DNA from: a virus
Lineage: Duplodnaviria > Caudoviricetes
Reading direction: 5' to 3' (one strand)
Length of the DNA stretch: 64,000 bases
Virus record (IMG/VR): IMGVR_UViG_3300032295_003128
Location: 1 to 64,000 of that record
The stretch's first letter is position 1. Every line of letters starts with the position of its first letter. The position numbers and the translations under genes are program-made. Below, piece after piece: positions 1 through 8,049 of the stretch. Under the pieces are notes generated by a model that saw only the letters and a list, made by a program, of their open reading frames with translations, was not told the origin of the DNA and ran no database searches.

Positions 1-252
1 ATAGAAAAACACTGTAGGAATCCCCCTTTCCCCCAGATTTGTCGTATGTCTCTGTCGGACAGCGATTTAAGCCCTGTTTTCGACTGGGGGAAAGCCTGGG
101 GGAAAGGGGGAAAGCCCCCCTAAAAGTGGGGTTAAACGCGAGTTTAGGGGGGGAAAGGCCTGTCGAAAACGCGGTTTTCGGGGGTTTCTGAGTTTAGTCC
201 CAGCCGATAAATCGGCAAACTTCGCTATACTTCGCCGCAAGTGTATGCGTTT

Positions 253-471
253 CTATCCGAGGTGGAGTCCTCGGTCGTCGAGGATCTCAATAACCCGAGC
301 CCGGACGCTCTCGAAAGTCCGATACTCCTCGGCGGTGTGTTCGCCGTGCTTGATCTGGGATCTGAGGTATTGCAGGAGGTCATCCATCGCCCACTTCCAA
401 TCCGAACCCTGGCGGGCGTCGTTCAGCGCGGCGTCGTCCTCTGGAAGGTGGAACTCAAGGGTGGCTTTCAT
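253..471 (-). CDS. conserved phage hypothetical protein (72 aa, MKATLEFHLPED...)
   Basis: In-frame ATG at 471; the N-terminus MKAxLEFxLPED resembles a widespread small phage protein family (from memory). Confidence 0.7.
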   Translation of the reverse strand: MKATLEFHLPEDDAALNDARQGSDWKWAMDDLLQYLRSQIKHGEHTAEEYRTFESVRARVIEILDDRGLHLG

Positions 472-549
472 GGGAGTGGGGCGGGGTCCGGGATTTCCCC
501 AGTAAACGAGCGTCACAGTTTAGAAAGCTGCTGCACGACCCCCACCATT

Positions 550-618
550 TTGCAGGACCGGGAATCGAACCCGGAAAGCCGGCTTATGAGACCAGCTTAG
601 GATCCAACCTTTCCTGCG
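550..618 (-). tRNA. tRNA with CAT anticodon (Met/fMet-like), shortened D-arm, no encoded CCA
   Basis: Acceptor CGCAGGA/TCCTGCA with C1:A72 mismatch, anticodon arm CTGGT-CTCATAA-GCCGG, T arm CCGGG-TTCGATT-CCCGG; 69 nt. Confidence 0.8.
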
Positions 619-652
619 GGGTTAATATCCTCACAATCTCGTTCGCGTCAAA

Positions 653-796
653 TTATGCGACCAGTGCCAGGAGTCGTCTGACGAAACGCCATAGACTGAA
701 CCCCTCCGCAGAGGGACTCGGCCTATTGCGCTGGACGAATCCGACACCGCCGCCAACGGGCGGATAAACCAACCCCAGATCGTTTGCTCGGTGCAT
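653..796 (-). CDS. small hypothetical protein (47 aa)
   Basis: ATG at 796 preceded by strong SD AAGGAGG; the region is also strongly self-complementary. Confidence 0.35.
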   Translation of the reverse strand: MHRANDLGLVYPPVGGGVGFVQRNRPSPSAEGFSLWRFVRRLLALVA

Positions 797-855
797 GATG
801 TTCCTCCTTTCATGTCTCAATGTCGCGCGCGGGGATCGACGCGTCAACCGAGCGA

Positions 856-991
856 CTCTGGGACAGACGAGGAGCCGAGGAGACTCTTTGTCTGTTTTCA
901 GGTCCACCACTCCACCCTCGATATTGGGGAACTGATCGGGAACTGGGGGGAACTGGGGAACTGGCTCCTCGGCTCCTCGCTTGTCCCAGAG
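856..991. repeat. 27-bp inverted repeat (856-882 / 965-991) enclosing four GGGAACTG direct repeats
   Basis: CTCTGGGACAGACGAGGAGCCGAGGAG versus the reverse complement of 965-991, CTCTGGGACAAGCGAGGAGCCGAGGAG (25/27). Confidence 0.85.
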
Positions 992-1522
992 CGTCCTTCC
1001 GGAAGTTGCAGTTAATAATTGCAAAACCCGGGACAAAATTTGTTTCCCGTCTATATGATATGTTTCGCGCCAGGATTCGGCCATCAGAGGGGACAGTGGT
1101 GGGTTAGGTGGTGGGGCACAGATTCGAGATCCGTGCATTTTAACCGATCATCTCTGTATTGTGCCGCCTTGTGACCAGAACCATGATCCATGAATAATGG
1201 TGCAAGCCTCTGTGCATCAATGCTTTGTGCAGAATGGGGCAAATAAGCCTCTAACAGAGTAGAATAGGCTGCAAACGGCCCCTCTAACACTACATATAGA
1301 TCAAGGGACGCTGTTTTTGCCCTACCTGCTGCCCTTTGGCCCCCTTTTTCCTCTGTCTGGTTCATAACCCCCCATCGGATTAACAGAGTAAAACTCGGCT
1401 CCCCCTCCCCTTAAAGGTGGAAGAAAGCTCCAACGGAGCCGGATTCCTAACCATACAACCCCGCAGCCAGAGGGAATACGCCGATCAGATCATTCTGATT
1501 CTGCGCTGGCATCGTTAGTCCT

Positions 1523-1903
1523 ATGAATAAAAACACAGCACTCAAGTCACTCGTCGCCGCAATCGCCTCCGCTGACAAAGCGTTGGTCAGCATCGGCGAG
1601 AAAGGCAAAGCCGCTCGCGCCGCTGGCGTCGAGAAAACCGAATTGCGTGACGCGCTCCGCGAGTTGTTCGGCTTCGACAAAACCCGCGAAGGCTCCAAGC
1701 CCCGCCACGCGATCAACAGCAAGATCAGCTACTACCTCGGTGTCGCTGGCTACAACAAGAGCAACGTTGGTTCCAAGGGCGGCGCATACGAAGTGACCAA
1801 AGGCTTCGTGTCCTACGTCAAGAAAGGCCTGAAGGAGTTCGGCATCGAAGAAACCGACTACCGCAAGGCTCTCAACGCGGCGATCGCCGAGATCATCGGC
1901 TAA
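1523..1903 (+). CDS. hypothetical early protein (126 aa, basic, helical)
   Basis: First rightward ORF; phage-like codon usage; flanked by family A palindromes. Confidence 0.8.
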   Translation: MNKNTALKSLVAAIASADKALVSIGEKGKAARAAGVEKTELRDALRELFGFDKTREGSKPRHAINSKISYYLGVAGYNKSNVGSKGGAYEVTKGFVSYVKKGLKEFGIEETDYRKALNAAIAEIIG

Positions 1904-1929
1904 TCAGAACGATCTGATTCACGCTCCAT

Positions 1930-1962
1930 GAAGCGTGAAGCGTCCAACCCGCTTCACGCTTC
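1930..1962. other. perfect 13-bp hairpin
   Basis: GAAGCGTGAAGCG-TCCAACC-CGCTTCACGCTTC; no clear U-tract. Confidence 0.6.
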
Positions 1963-1978
1963 TCTGCACCTACTACCT

Positions 1979-2071
1979 ATGTATATCGACGATTCCTTCA
2001 TCAACGGCATGACCCTTTTCGGGTCGTTCCTCATTCTTTGGACATTCCTTCACTCCATCTTCGATCTATGA
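1979..2071 (+). CDS. small hydrophobic peptide (30 aa)
   Basis: MYIDDSFINGMTLFGSFLILWTFLHSIFDL; ATGA overlap with the next ORF. Confidence 0.35.
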   Translation: MYIDDSFINGMTLFGSFLILWTFLHSIFDL

Positions 2072-2304
2072 AAGACCCGACCATGAAGCGCGAAACAAAG
2101 TTCAGCGCGTTCAACGTCATCTCCCTCGAATCGCTCGCGTTCGGCGACTCGCAGCGCGAGGAGTTACGCTGGCTCCAAATCGGACAGGGACGCCCCCACC
2201 TTGAGATATTCCTCGTCTGGTGCTGGCAATGGTCGTGGCGCGACTATGGTCATTTCCTCACGATCGCCATGCCTTGCCTTGTTCTTCGCTGGCTTCGCTA
2301 TTGA
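2068..2304 (+). CDS. hypothetical protein
   Basis: In-frame ATG coupled to the previous stop; followed by a cUUCGg hairpin at 2315-2338. Confidence 0.45.
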   Translation: MKDPTMKRETKFSAFNVISLESLAFGDSQREELRWLQIGQGRPHLEIFLVWCWQWSWRDYGHFLTIAMPCLVLRWLRY

Positions 2305-2377
2305 ACAACCACATCGGCGCATCCTTCGGGGTGCGTCGAGGTGTCGAATCAGAATGTTCTGATTCGCTCCCTCTGGC

Positions 2378-2620
2378 ATGAGGGGCAACAAACTCCCCGA
2401 GAGGCGAGCATCATGCCGCACCACGAACATGGAAACAGGAATACCCCTGCCCAAGAAAAAGCTGCCCCGCTTCCGCGAGGCGAAAGACGAGGGACGTCCC
2501 CTCGCCTTCGAGCCAACCCCCAAGGAACTCGAAGACGAAAGGTCGCGCTATCTGGCGGCCAACAACCGCAACTTCGGGACGAATCTGGCTTTCGTCATTG
2601 ACTTCGTCCCAAAATCATAA
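2378..2620 (+). CDS. hypothetical protein
   Basis: ORF just after palindrome A3; alternative start at 2429. Confidence 0.5.
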   Translation: MRGNKLPERRASCRTTNMETGIPLPKKKLPRFREAKDEGRPLAFEPTPKELEDERSRYLAANNRNFGTNLAFVIDFVPKS

Positions 2621-2630
2621 CCTCATCACC

Positions 2631-2849
2631 ATGAGCCATGAAACAAGGTTCCTTAACCCTGATCCACAGCCACGCGCCGATCTGGCCGAGTGGCGTCCGA
2701 GTGCCAAAACCCCGATCGCTAAACGTCATGCCGAGAAATCCGGAATGCCGAGCATCGACATTGGCGAAGGAGTCGAGCCGCCGTCAGTCTCTGACTTCGG
2801 TTTCTACCATCCTGCGGAGAATGAACGCGGAGGTCGATATGCGGAGTGA
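2631..2849 (+). CDS. hypothetical protein (72 aa)
   Basis: ATG directly after a TAACC-N5-ACC box. Confidence 0.55.
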   Translation: MSHETRFLNPDPQPRADLAEWRPSAKTPIAKRHAEKSGMPSIDIGEGVEPPSVSDFGFYHPAENERGGRYAE

Positions 2850-2928
2850 CCTCAACAAAACCAAGTGTCTGGAGAAGCTGGTCTTATTGTCCCTGCTCCT
2901 CGTTTGGATGCTGTTCGCTCTGCTGTAA
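2839..2928 (+). CDS. small membrane peptide (29 aa)
   Basis: GGAGG SD at 2829-2833; hydrophobic C-terminus LVLLSLLLVWMLFALL. Confidence 0.35.
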   Translation: MRSDLNKTKCLEKLVLLSLLLVWMLFALL

Positions 2929-2982
2929 TAACCACAACACCCGAATCAGAACGTTCTGATTCACATCCTATCATCTATCACG

Positions 2983-3504
2983 ATGCCTACTAACACCAAA
3001 ACCTACGTCCTTCGTGGAGGAACTTATCCCAAAGACTCCATCGAAGTTGACCTTGAAGCAGGAACCTTCTGCCCCGCTGGCGGCGGCTTTGTCCGCAACA
3101 TCGCGGACTTGAAGCGTTTCAACGAGGACTTCCGTCCCGCTACGGAAGAAGAACTCAACTACAACCCGCCCTTCCGCAAGGGCCAGTTCTCCATCGAGCC
3201 GATCGACGACAACATCGAAGGCTACACGATGGGCTTTCTCTGGAACGGATGGGCGATGCCCGTCTTCACCAAGGAGAACGCCGCGAAGGTGCTGGAAGGC
3301 ATCGGCGCGAAACACCGCTACGACGAGGCCAGCGACACGTTCACGTTCCTCGTGGACGAGAATGACGGCGAGGAAACCTCGGAGGGCAGCATCATCCACG
3401 TCGATGGTGTGCCGGTGAAGGTCTACTCCATCGGCGCAGGGTCGTGGACTTGGGACGAGGTGAGTCCCCGCAAATGCCCAACCTGCGCTCAACCTCTGCC
3501 ATGA
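2983..3504 (+). CDS. hypothetical early protein (173 aa)
   Basis: Good codon usage; WNGWAxPxF...YxIGAGSWTW motif typical of phage/plasmid early hypotheticals; C-terminal CxxC. Confidence 0.85.
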   Translation: MPTNTKTYVLRGGTYPKDSIEVDLEAGTFCPAGGGFVRNIADLKRFNEDFRPATEEELNYNPPFRKGQFSIEPIDDNIEGYTMGFLWNGWAMPVFTKENAAKVLEGIGAKHRYDEASDTFTFLVDENDGEETSEGSIIHVDGVPVKVYSIGAGSWTWDEVSPRKCPTCAQPLP

Positions 3505-3632
3505 GCGGGTGCGACGTGAAGGAGTAGTGACACCGCCTCTCCCACTTTGGGAGGGGCGTAGTCTCGACTCATTCAGGGCCGAGAGAATCAGAACGTTCTG
3601 ATTCAAACCACAAAACCTAACATGGAGGTAAC

Positions 3633-4196
3633 ATGAAAAGAAAAACCCTAACAATAGTTCCATCCGCCGTTGATCAGGCGATCAAGCCGAAGCCGAGCCG
3701 CGCCGAGATCATCGAGGCCGCCGTTCAGTTGCGGCTGGAGGAACTCCAGAAGGAAGCCGAGGTCGTCGCGAATCACAACCAGCGTCTCAGCGACGCTGTC
3801 GTTGCGTTGATCCCCGCTGCTGTGGATAGCGTTTGCAAAAACGGAACGCTTGCGAAATCACTAAAGGACAACGAGACGGCTTACTACTACCGCGATTACG
3901 CTTGGGCCGACCCGACTCAGAAACTATTCGAGGATCATCTCTGCGTCACGATCAAGATCGAGAAGCGCGACCTGACGTCGAAGTTGCAAGCCGCACTCGC
4001 CAACGAGCGCGACAACCGCAAAACCCCTCCGTATCTCAGCGTGGATCAAATCCGTCGAGAGGTGAAGCAAGGGCTGAAACCCTCGGCTGATCCGGCTGGC
4101 CGGGTCAAAGCGTTGCTCGCCGATAGCGACAGCCGCACCGCTTTGCAGAGCCTTCTCAAAGCGGTCTATCCGAAACCCGAAGCGGTTGAAGTATGA
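3633..4196 (+). CDS. hypothetical protein (187 aa)
   Basis: GGAGG SD; follows palindrome A5. Confidence 0.85.
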   Translation: MKRKTLTIVPSAVDQAIKPKPSRAEIIEAAVQLRLEELQKEAEVVANHNQRLSDAVVALIPAAVDSVCKNGTLAKSLKDNETAYYYRDYAWADPTQKLFEDHLCVTIKIEKRDLTSKLQAALANERDNRKTPPYLSVDQIRREVKQGLKPSADPAGRVKALLADSDSRTALQSLLKAVYPKPEAVEV

Positions 4197-4353
4197 TCAG
4201 CGTGTGTGGTGTCGGCGCACCGACGATCGAGAAAGAGGAGTGAGGCTCCGCGCCCCTTCCAACTCTGGGAGGGGCGTCAGCCTCAAGCCTTCCGGCTTGG
4301 GGAATCAGAACATTCTGATTCATAACCAAAACACCTAACATGGAGATAACACC

Positions 4354-4965
4354 ATGCCTATTAAGAAAGTTGATCTGTCTGCCATCGGCACGAAGCCGAG
4401 CGGCAGCAAGAAGTCGTATCCTGCGCTGCCCGTCACGCCGGAGATGAACGAACACCTCAAGGTTATCCTCAAGAATAACCGCGAGATCGAAGTCATCGAG
4501 GCTGACACCGCTGCGCGTCGCGCTGAACTCATCCCGCAAGCGATGAAGTTCTTGTATGAGTTCTATCGCGGCAAGACTGACATCGAGTCCTCGCTCGAAG
4601 CGAAGACCGACGAAGGAGATTCGATGCTCTTCACGATGGCGAACCGCTATCGTGGATTGCCTGACGAGTCGCCCATCGTGGACTTGATCGGCGAAGCCCG
4701 CACCACGGCCTACTTCTCCCAGAGTGTGGAGATCAAGGTCAACGGCGACAAAGTCCCGCTCGACAATCTGCCGGTCTTTGTGGCCGAGCTGACCGAGCTG
4801 TGCGCTCGCCACAACGCCTCGGGAGCTTTGACTTCCAAGGCTGTGATCAAGCCGAGTCCCGAGTTCCACACTGCCCGGCACACGGCATTCACGCCGGAGG
4901 AGAACATCGCTTTGGACTCGTTCCTCGCTCCGGTGGTGTCGATCAAGACCAAGGGTCGCAAGTAA
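4354..4965 (+). CDS. hypothetical protein (203 aa), translationally coupled to the ligase
   Basis: GGAG SD; TAATG overlap at 4963-4967. Confidence 0.85.
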   Translation: MPIKKVDLSAIGTKPSGSKKSYPALPVTPEMNEHLKVILKNNREIEVIEADTAARRAELIPQAMKFLYEFYRGKTDIESSLEAKTDEGDSMLFTMANRYRGLPDESPIVDLIGEARTTAYFSQSVEIKVNGDKVPLDNLPVFVAELTELCARHNASGALTSKAVIKPSPEFHTARHTAFTPEENIALDSFLAPVVSIKTKGRK

Positions 4966-5597
4966 TGAACCCGCCAACCTTCCCCGCTCGTCCTATGACC
5001 GGCGGCCCGTTGGAGAGAGCGCGGCAGAAGTTACATCCGGACATGTGGCGTTACGAACCCAAGATCAACGGCTGGCGCGTGTTGATCGACGTCCGCAACA
5101 AGAAGATGTGGTCACGCTACAACCAGCCGTCCTCGGTCGAGCATAAGTATGCGTCCGTCCTCGACCGGCTCACGGGTATCTTCGCTGGCGACGTTCCGAC
5201 GTGGCTCGACGGAGAGATCCTGGGTCAGCGCACCCCGACCATGGGGCGCGGCTCGATCATCATCTTCGATGTGGTCTGGCCGCAACTGACCGAGCAGCAC
5301 AAGGAATGGAACCTTTGGTATGAACGCCGGAGGTTCCTCAACGTGACGCTCGACGGCGAAGCTGAACTCTGGGACGTGGAGCAGACGCCGAGGCAAGACA
5401 CCATCTACCACTTGCCGAATGTCTGCGACGACGAAGCCGAGGAGTTCTACCAGCGGCTCAAGCTCATCAACACGCGGCTCGGAGTCGAGCTGTATGAGGG
5501 TCTCGTGGCAAAGCGGGTCGATCGGGAATACCCGATGCAGCTCGCCTCTCCTGCCAAGGAGACAACCAATTGGATCAAACATCGTTGGGATTATTAG
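4965..5597 (+). CDS. ATP-dependent ligase-like nucleotidyltransferase (adenylation domain only, 210 aa)
   Basis: Motif I EPKINGWR, III LDGE, IIIa IFD, IV EGLVAK, V WIK; the ORF ends right after motif V. Confidence 0.8.
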   Translation: MNPPTFPARPMTGGPLERARQKLHPDMWRYEPKINGWRVLIDVRNKKMWSRYNQPSSVEHKYASVLDRLTGIFAGDVPTWLDGEILGQRTPTMGRGSIIIFDVVWPQLTEQHKEWNLWYERRRFLNVTLDGEAELWDVEQTPRQDTIYHLPNVCDDEAEEFYQRLKLINTRLGVELYEGLVAKRVDREYPMQLASPAKETTNWIKHRWDY

Positions 5598-5611
5598 AAA
5601 GGAGGTAACAA

Positions 5612-6073
5612 ATGAGAAAGATGTCTGTTGAATGTGCAATGGAAATCTGGAAGGCCGGCGGCGGCGTTGCCGCCAGCGAATGGCAGGAGAAGTCTGGCTA
5701 TTCACGCGGCGGCCCGATCTACAAACGGCGACCGACTCCCGTCTTCTGTCGGGAGTTGACTCGGGAGGGCCTCGAACTCGAAGCGATCAACCCGCACGAG
5801 GACATTGCTTCCTACTATCGGAGCATTCTTGCCTACGTCACTGGTCGTCATCCCAAAGCGCGGAAGATCATCGTGGTCAACGATCCGGTCGGGCTGCGGA
5901 CCGCGTGTATGGATGCGGAAATCCCAGAGCCAAGGTTCGACACCTTGATGGGCCGATGGGATATCGGCAACACGTTGGCGAGTCAGCGCGTATGGCAAGC
6001 CCAAGCCAAGCCGCGCTATGCGTGGCAAGGCCTCGTGAAAAGGCTTGATCCTGCTCCGGCTCTGGGTTCATAA
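5612..6073 (+). CDS. hypothetical protein (153 aa)
   Basis: Strong SD AAGGAGGT. Confidence 0.75.
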   Translation: MRKMSVECAMEIWKAGGGVAASEWQEKSGYSRGGPIYKRRPTPVFCRELTREGLELEAINPHEDIASYYRSILAYVTGRHPKARKIIVVNDPVGLRTACMDAEIPEPRFDTLMGRWDIGNTLASQRVWQAQAKPRYAWQGLVKRLDPAPALGS

Positions 6074-6205
6074 CCTGCCAACCGGAATCAGAACCTTCTG
6101 ATTCTGGGAGGAACACTGCTCCCTCTCGTTCTGGGAGGGAGCAGCATCCTCCCCGCAGCTCTAGCTGCGACGGAGATCATAACCTAACTACCAAAGGAGG
6201 TATAC

Positions 6206-7882
6206 ATGCCCATCAAATACTACACCCCCACGCTCGACAAAGCGGTGAAGGATCACCACATCGACTTCCGAGTGCGGGGCCGACTGCCGGAGACTTACGA
6301 CCTGCAATGGGTCGATAAGCGTCACCCGTGCAAGACCGGCTGCTGGCGTTTCGACCACGCGTCGGGTCGCCACGAGATCCGTTTGTCCGTGATCTGCTAC
6401 GACACCCTGACCAAGGGCGGAGCAGCACACGGCAAGCGGGTCGCCGTGCCTGATCTGTATCGCAACGTCTACGAACACGAGGCAGCGCACTCGCTCTACA
6501 CGACCAAAGACCTCGAAGGTCTCGGCAAGATTCTTGCCGCCGAGAAAATCCCTTGGCGGCTGATGAACTTGTTCGAGGACTGCCGCATCGAGCGTAATTG
6601 GATCCTCCGCGAACGCGCCGGCAAGTCGTTTCGCTGGACTCGTTGGGAGGAGCATCCGCCCGTCTCCAAGATGAGCGCGAGCAGCTTGCTCTTCCACATG
6701 AAGACCGAAGGCCTGACCCGCAGCGGGTATCGCTTCCCTCGGTCGTTCATCATTGCCCATCGGACACACCCCAACTGGCGCAAAGTCTACGACTATTACC
6801 GCCGCATCGTCGGGTGTGGATGGACCGAAGACCTCGTGCCGATCCTCAAGGACTGGCTCAAGGACTTCCCCGCTACGGGTGACGACACCATCGAGGGCGA
6901 AGGCGGCGCTGGAACCGGCGACATGGGCGAAGCGATCGGCGAGGCCACGGGGACGCACCCCGAGGACGTCAAAGCGAAAGACCCCAAAGGCGAAGGCGCA
7001 TCGCCGGAGACCAAATCCGGAGGCGGCAAGGGGAAAGGCGGCAAGGCGCCCGGCACTCGTGCCGAGTCCACCACGTCACCGACCCACGGACGCGGCAGCG
7101 GCGGCTCCGCTTCCGAAGTCGTGCCGACCATCGACCACGAGACCGAGCGTTCGCTCCGGCTGGCGCAACTGCTGGCCCAAGCGTTCCGCAAGAACGGCAT
7201 CATCGCCAAAGGGCCAACGGCCCGTCCGTCCAAGCGGCTCAACCTGCGCGGCTTGCTGCGCGGCGACTGGTCTCGTCCGTTCGTCGGCAAGACGATCGGC
7301 AACACGAACAAGCCGCACATCTCGTTCGTCATGGATTGCTCGGGCAGCATGGGCTGTCTGACTCACCTCGATCGTTCGCGCAAGGTTGAGCTTCGCACCG
7401 ATGACTGCGGTCGAATCCTTGCTCGTGCCTTGAACGAGCTGGCTCGTCTCGGTCACATCACGGGCGTTGTCTACGGCTCATCGGATGGCGGCTGCCATTC
7501 GCGCACCGAGCTGCCCGTTCCAGACCATGTGCTGACGATGGACGCTGGCCTCGAAGCCTTCTCCGGCTCCGAGGGTATCGGCCTCACGTTGGCGCCCGGC
7601 TGCAAGCCCGGCTGCTACACGAAGAAAGGCTCCGGCTCGTTCTTCGAGGAGATCGCCGCCAAGTCTAAGATTGCCATCGTCTACACGGACGGCTGCATCA
7701 CGGACGCTCCGGTCAATCGTATGCCGCTCCGTGCGCGGGGCGTCTACACCATCGGCGCCTATGCCGGACCGGACAAGACCATCTCACTACGACACCACTT
7801 CGATTACGTCATCAGCCGTGACTCGTTGTGGGGCGTAGCCGATGCGCTCGTCCGCACCCTGAAGTCCATCCCGCGCAAGTAA
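6206..7882 (+). CDS. HExxH metallopeptidase-like + VWA domain protein (CobT/MoxR-partner-like)
   Basis: EHEAAH...NLFEDCRIE, G/S-rich linker, MIDAS DCSGS and VYTDG; SD AAGGAGGT. Confidence 0.85.
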   Translation: MPIKYYTPTLDKAVKDHHIDFRVRGRLPETYDLQWVDKRHPCKTGCWRFDHASGRHEIRLSVICYDTLTKGGAAHGKRVAVPDLYRNVYEHEAAHSLYTTKDLEGLGKILAAEKIPWRLMNLFEDCRIERNWILRERAGKSFRWTRWEEHPPVSKMSASSLLFHMKTEGLTRSGYRFPRSFIIAHRTHPNWRKVYDYYRRIVGCGWTEDLVPILKDWLKDFPATGDDTIEGEGGAGTGDMGEAIGEATGTHPEDVKAKDPKGEGASPETKSGGGKGKGGKAPGTRAESTTSPTHGRGSGGSASEVVPTIDHETERSLRLAQLLAQAFRKNGIIAKGPTARPSKRLNLRGLLRGDWSRPFVGKTIGNTNKPHISFVMDCSGSMGCLTHLDRSRKVELRTDDCGRILARALNELARLGHITGVVYGSSDGGCHSRTELPVPDHVLTMDAGLEAFSGSEGIGLTLAPGCKPGCYTKKGSGSFFEEIAAKSKIAIVYTDGCITDAPVNRMPLRARGVYTIGAYAGPDKTISLRHHFDYVISRDSLWGVADALVRTLKSIPRK

Positions 7883-8049
7883 CCCCTGCCTCGGGAGACC
7901 CACCTCCCCTTCCCGCTCTGGGAGGGGGAGCTAGTCTCTCACTCAACCAATGTTGAGTTCGGGAGTTAAACACAACCCCCTCTGGTATGCGGGGAACCGA
8001 ATCAGAGCCAATCAGAAGGTTCTGATTCCGTTGCATACCAAACGTTAAC

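Larger units (their letters stand above)
1484..8028. promoter_or_regulatory. family A: eight intergenic palindromes (G)AATCAGA-N4-TCTGATT(C)
   Basis: Copies at 1484-1500, 1902-1919, 2346-2365, 2943-2962, 3585-3604, 4302-4321, 6085-6104 and 8010-8028. Confidence 0.9.

Noticed and set aside
470-546. tRNA-associated HDV-like (theta) ribozyme
   Set aside because: A G-U-opened P1 can be drawn, but P3/L3, P1.1 and J4/2 elements are not present in the required order.
678-688. Hammerhead core (CTGACGA...GAAAC)
   Set aside because: The two motifs overlap with no room for stem II.
1484-8028. CRISPR array interpretation of the family A repeats
   Set aside because: Spacers are 0.4-1.9 kb and contain whole genes; there is no cas operon, and the Cas4-like domain is a replication-module nuclease.
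1484-8028. LexA/SOS box interpretation (GAAC/GTTC core)
   Set aside because: The invariant part is ATCAGA/TCTGAT and the GAACGTTC centre varies; the spacing does not match GAAC-N4-GTTC or TGTTC-N4-GAACA.
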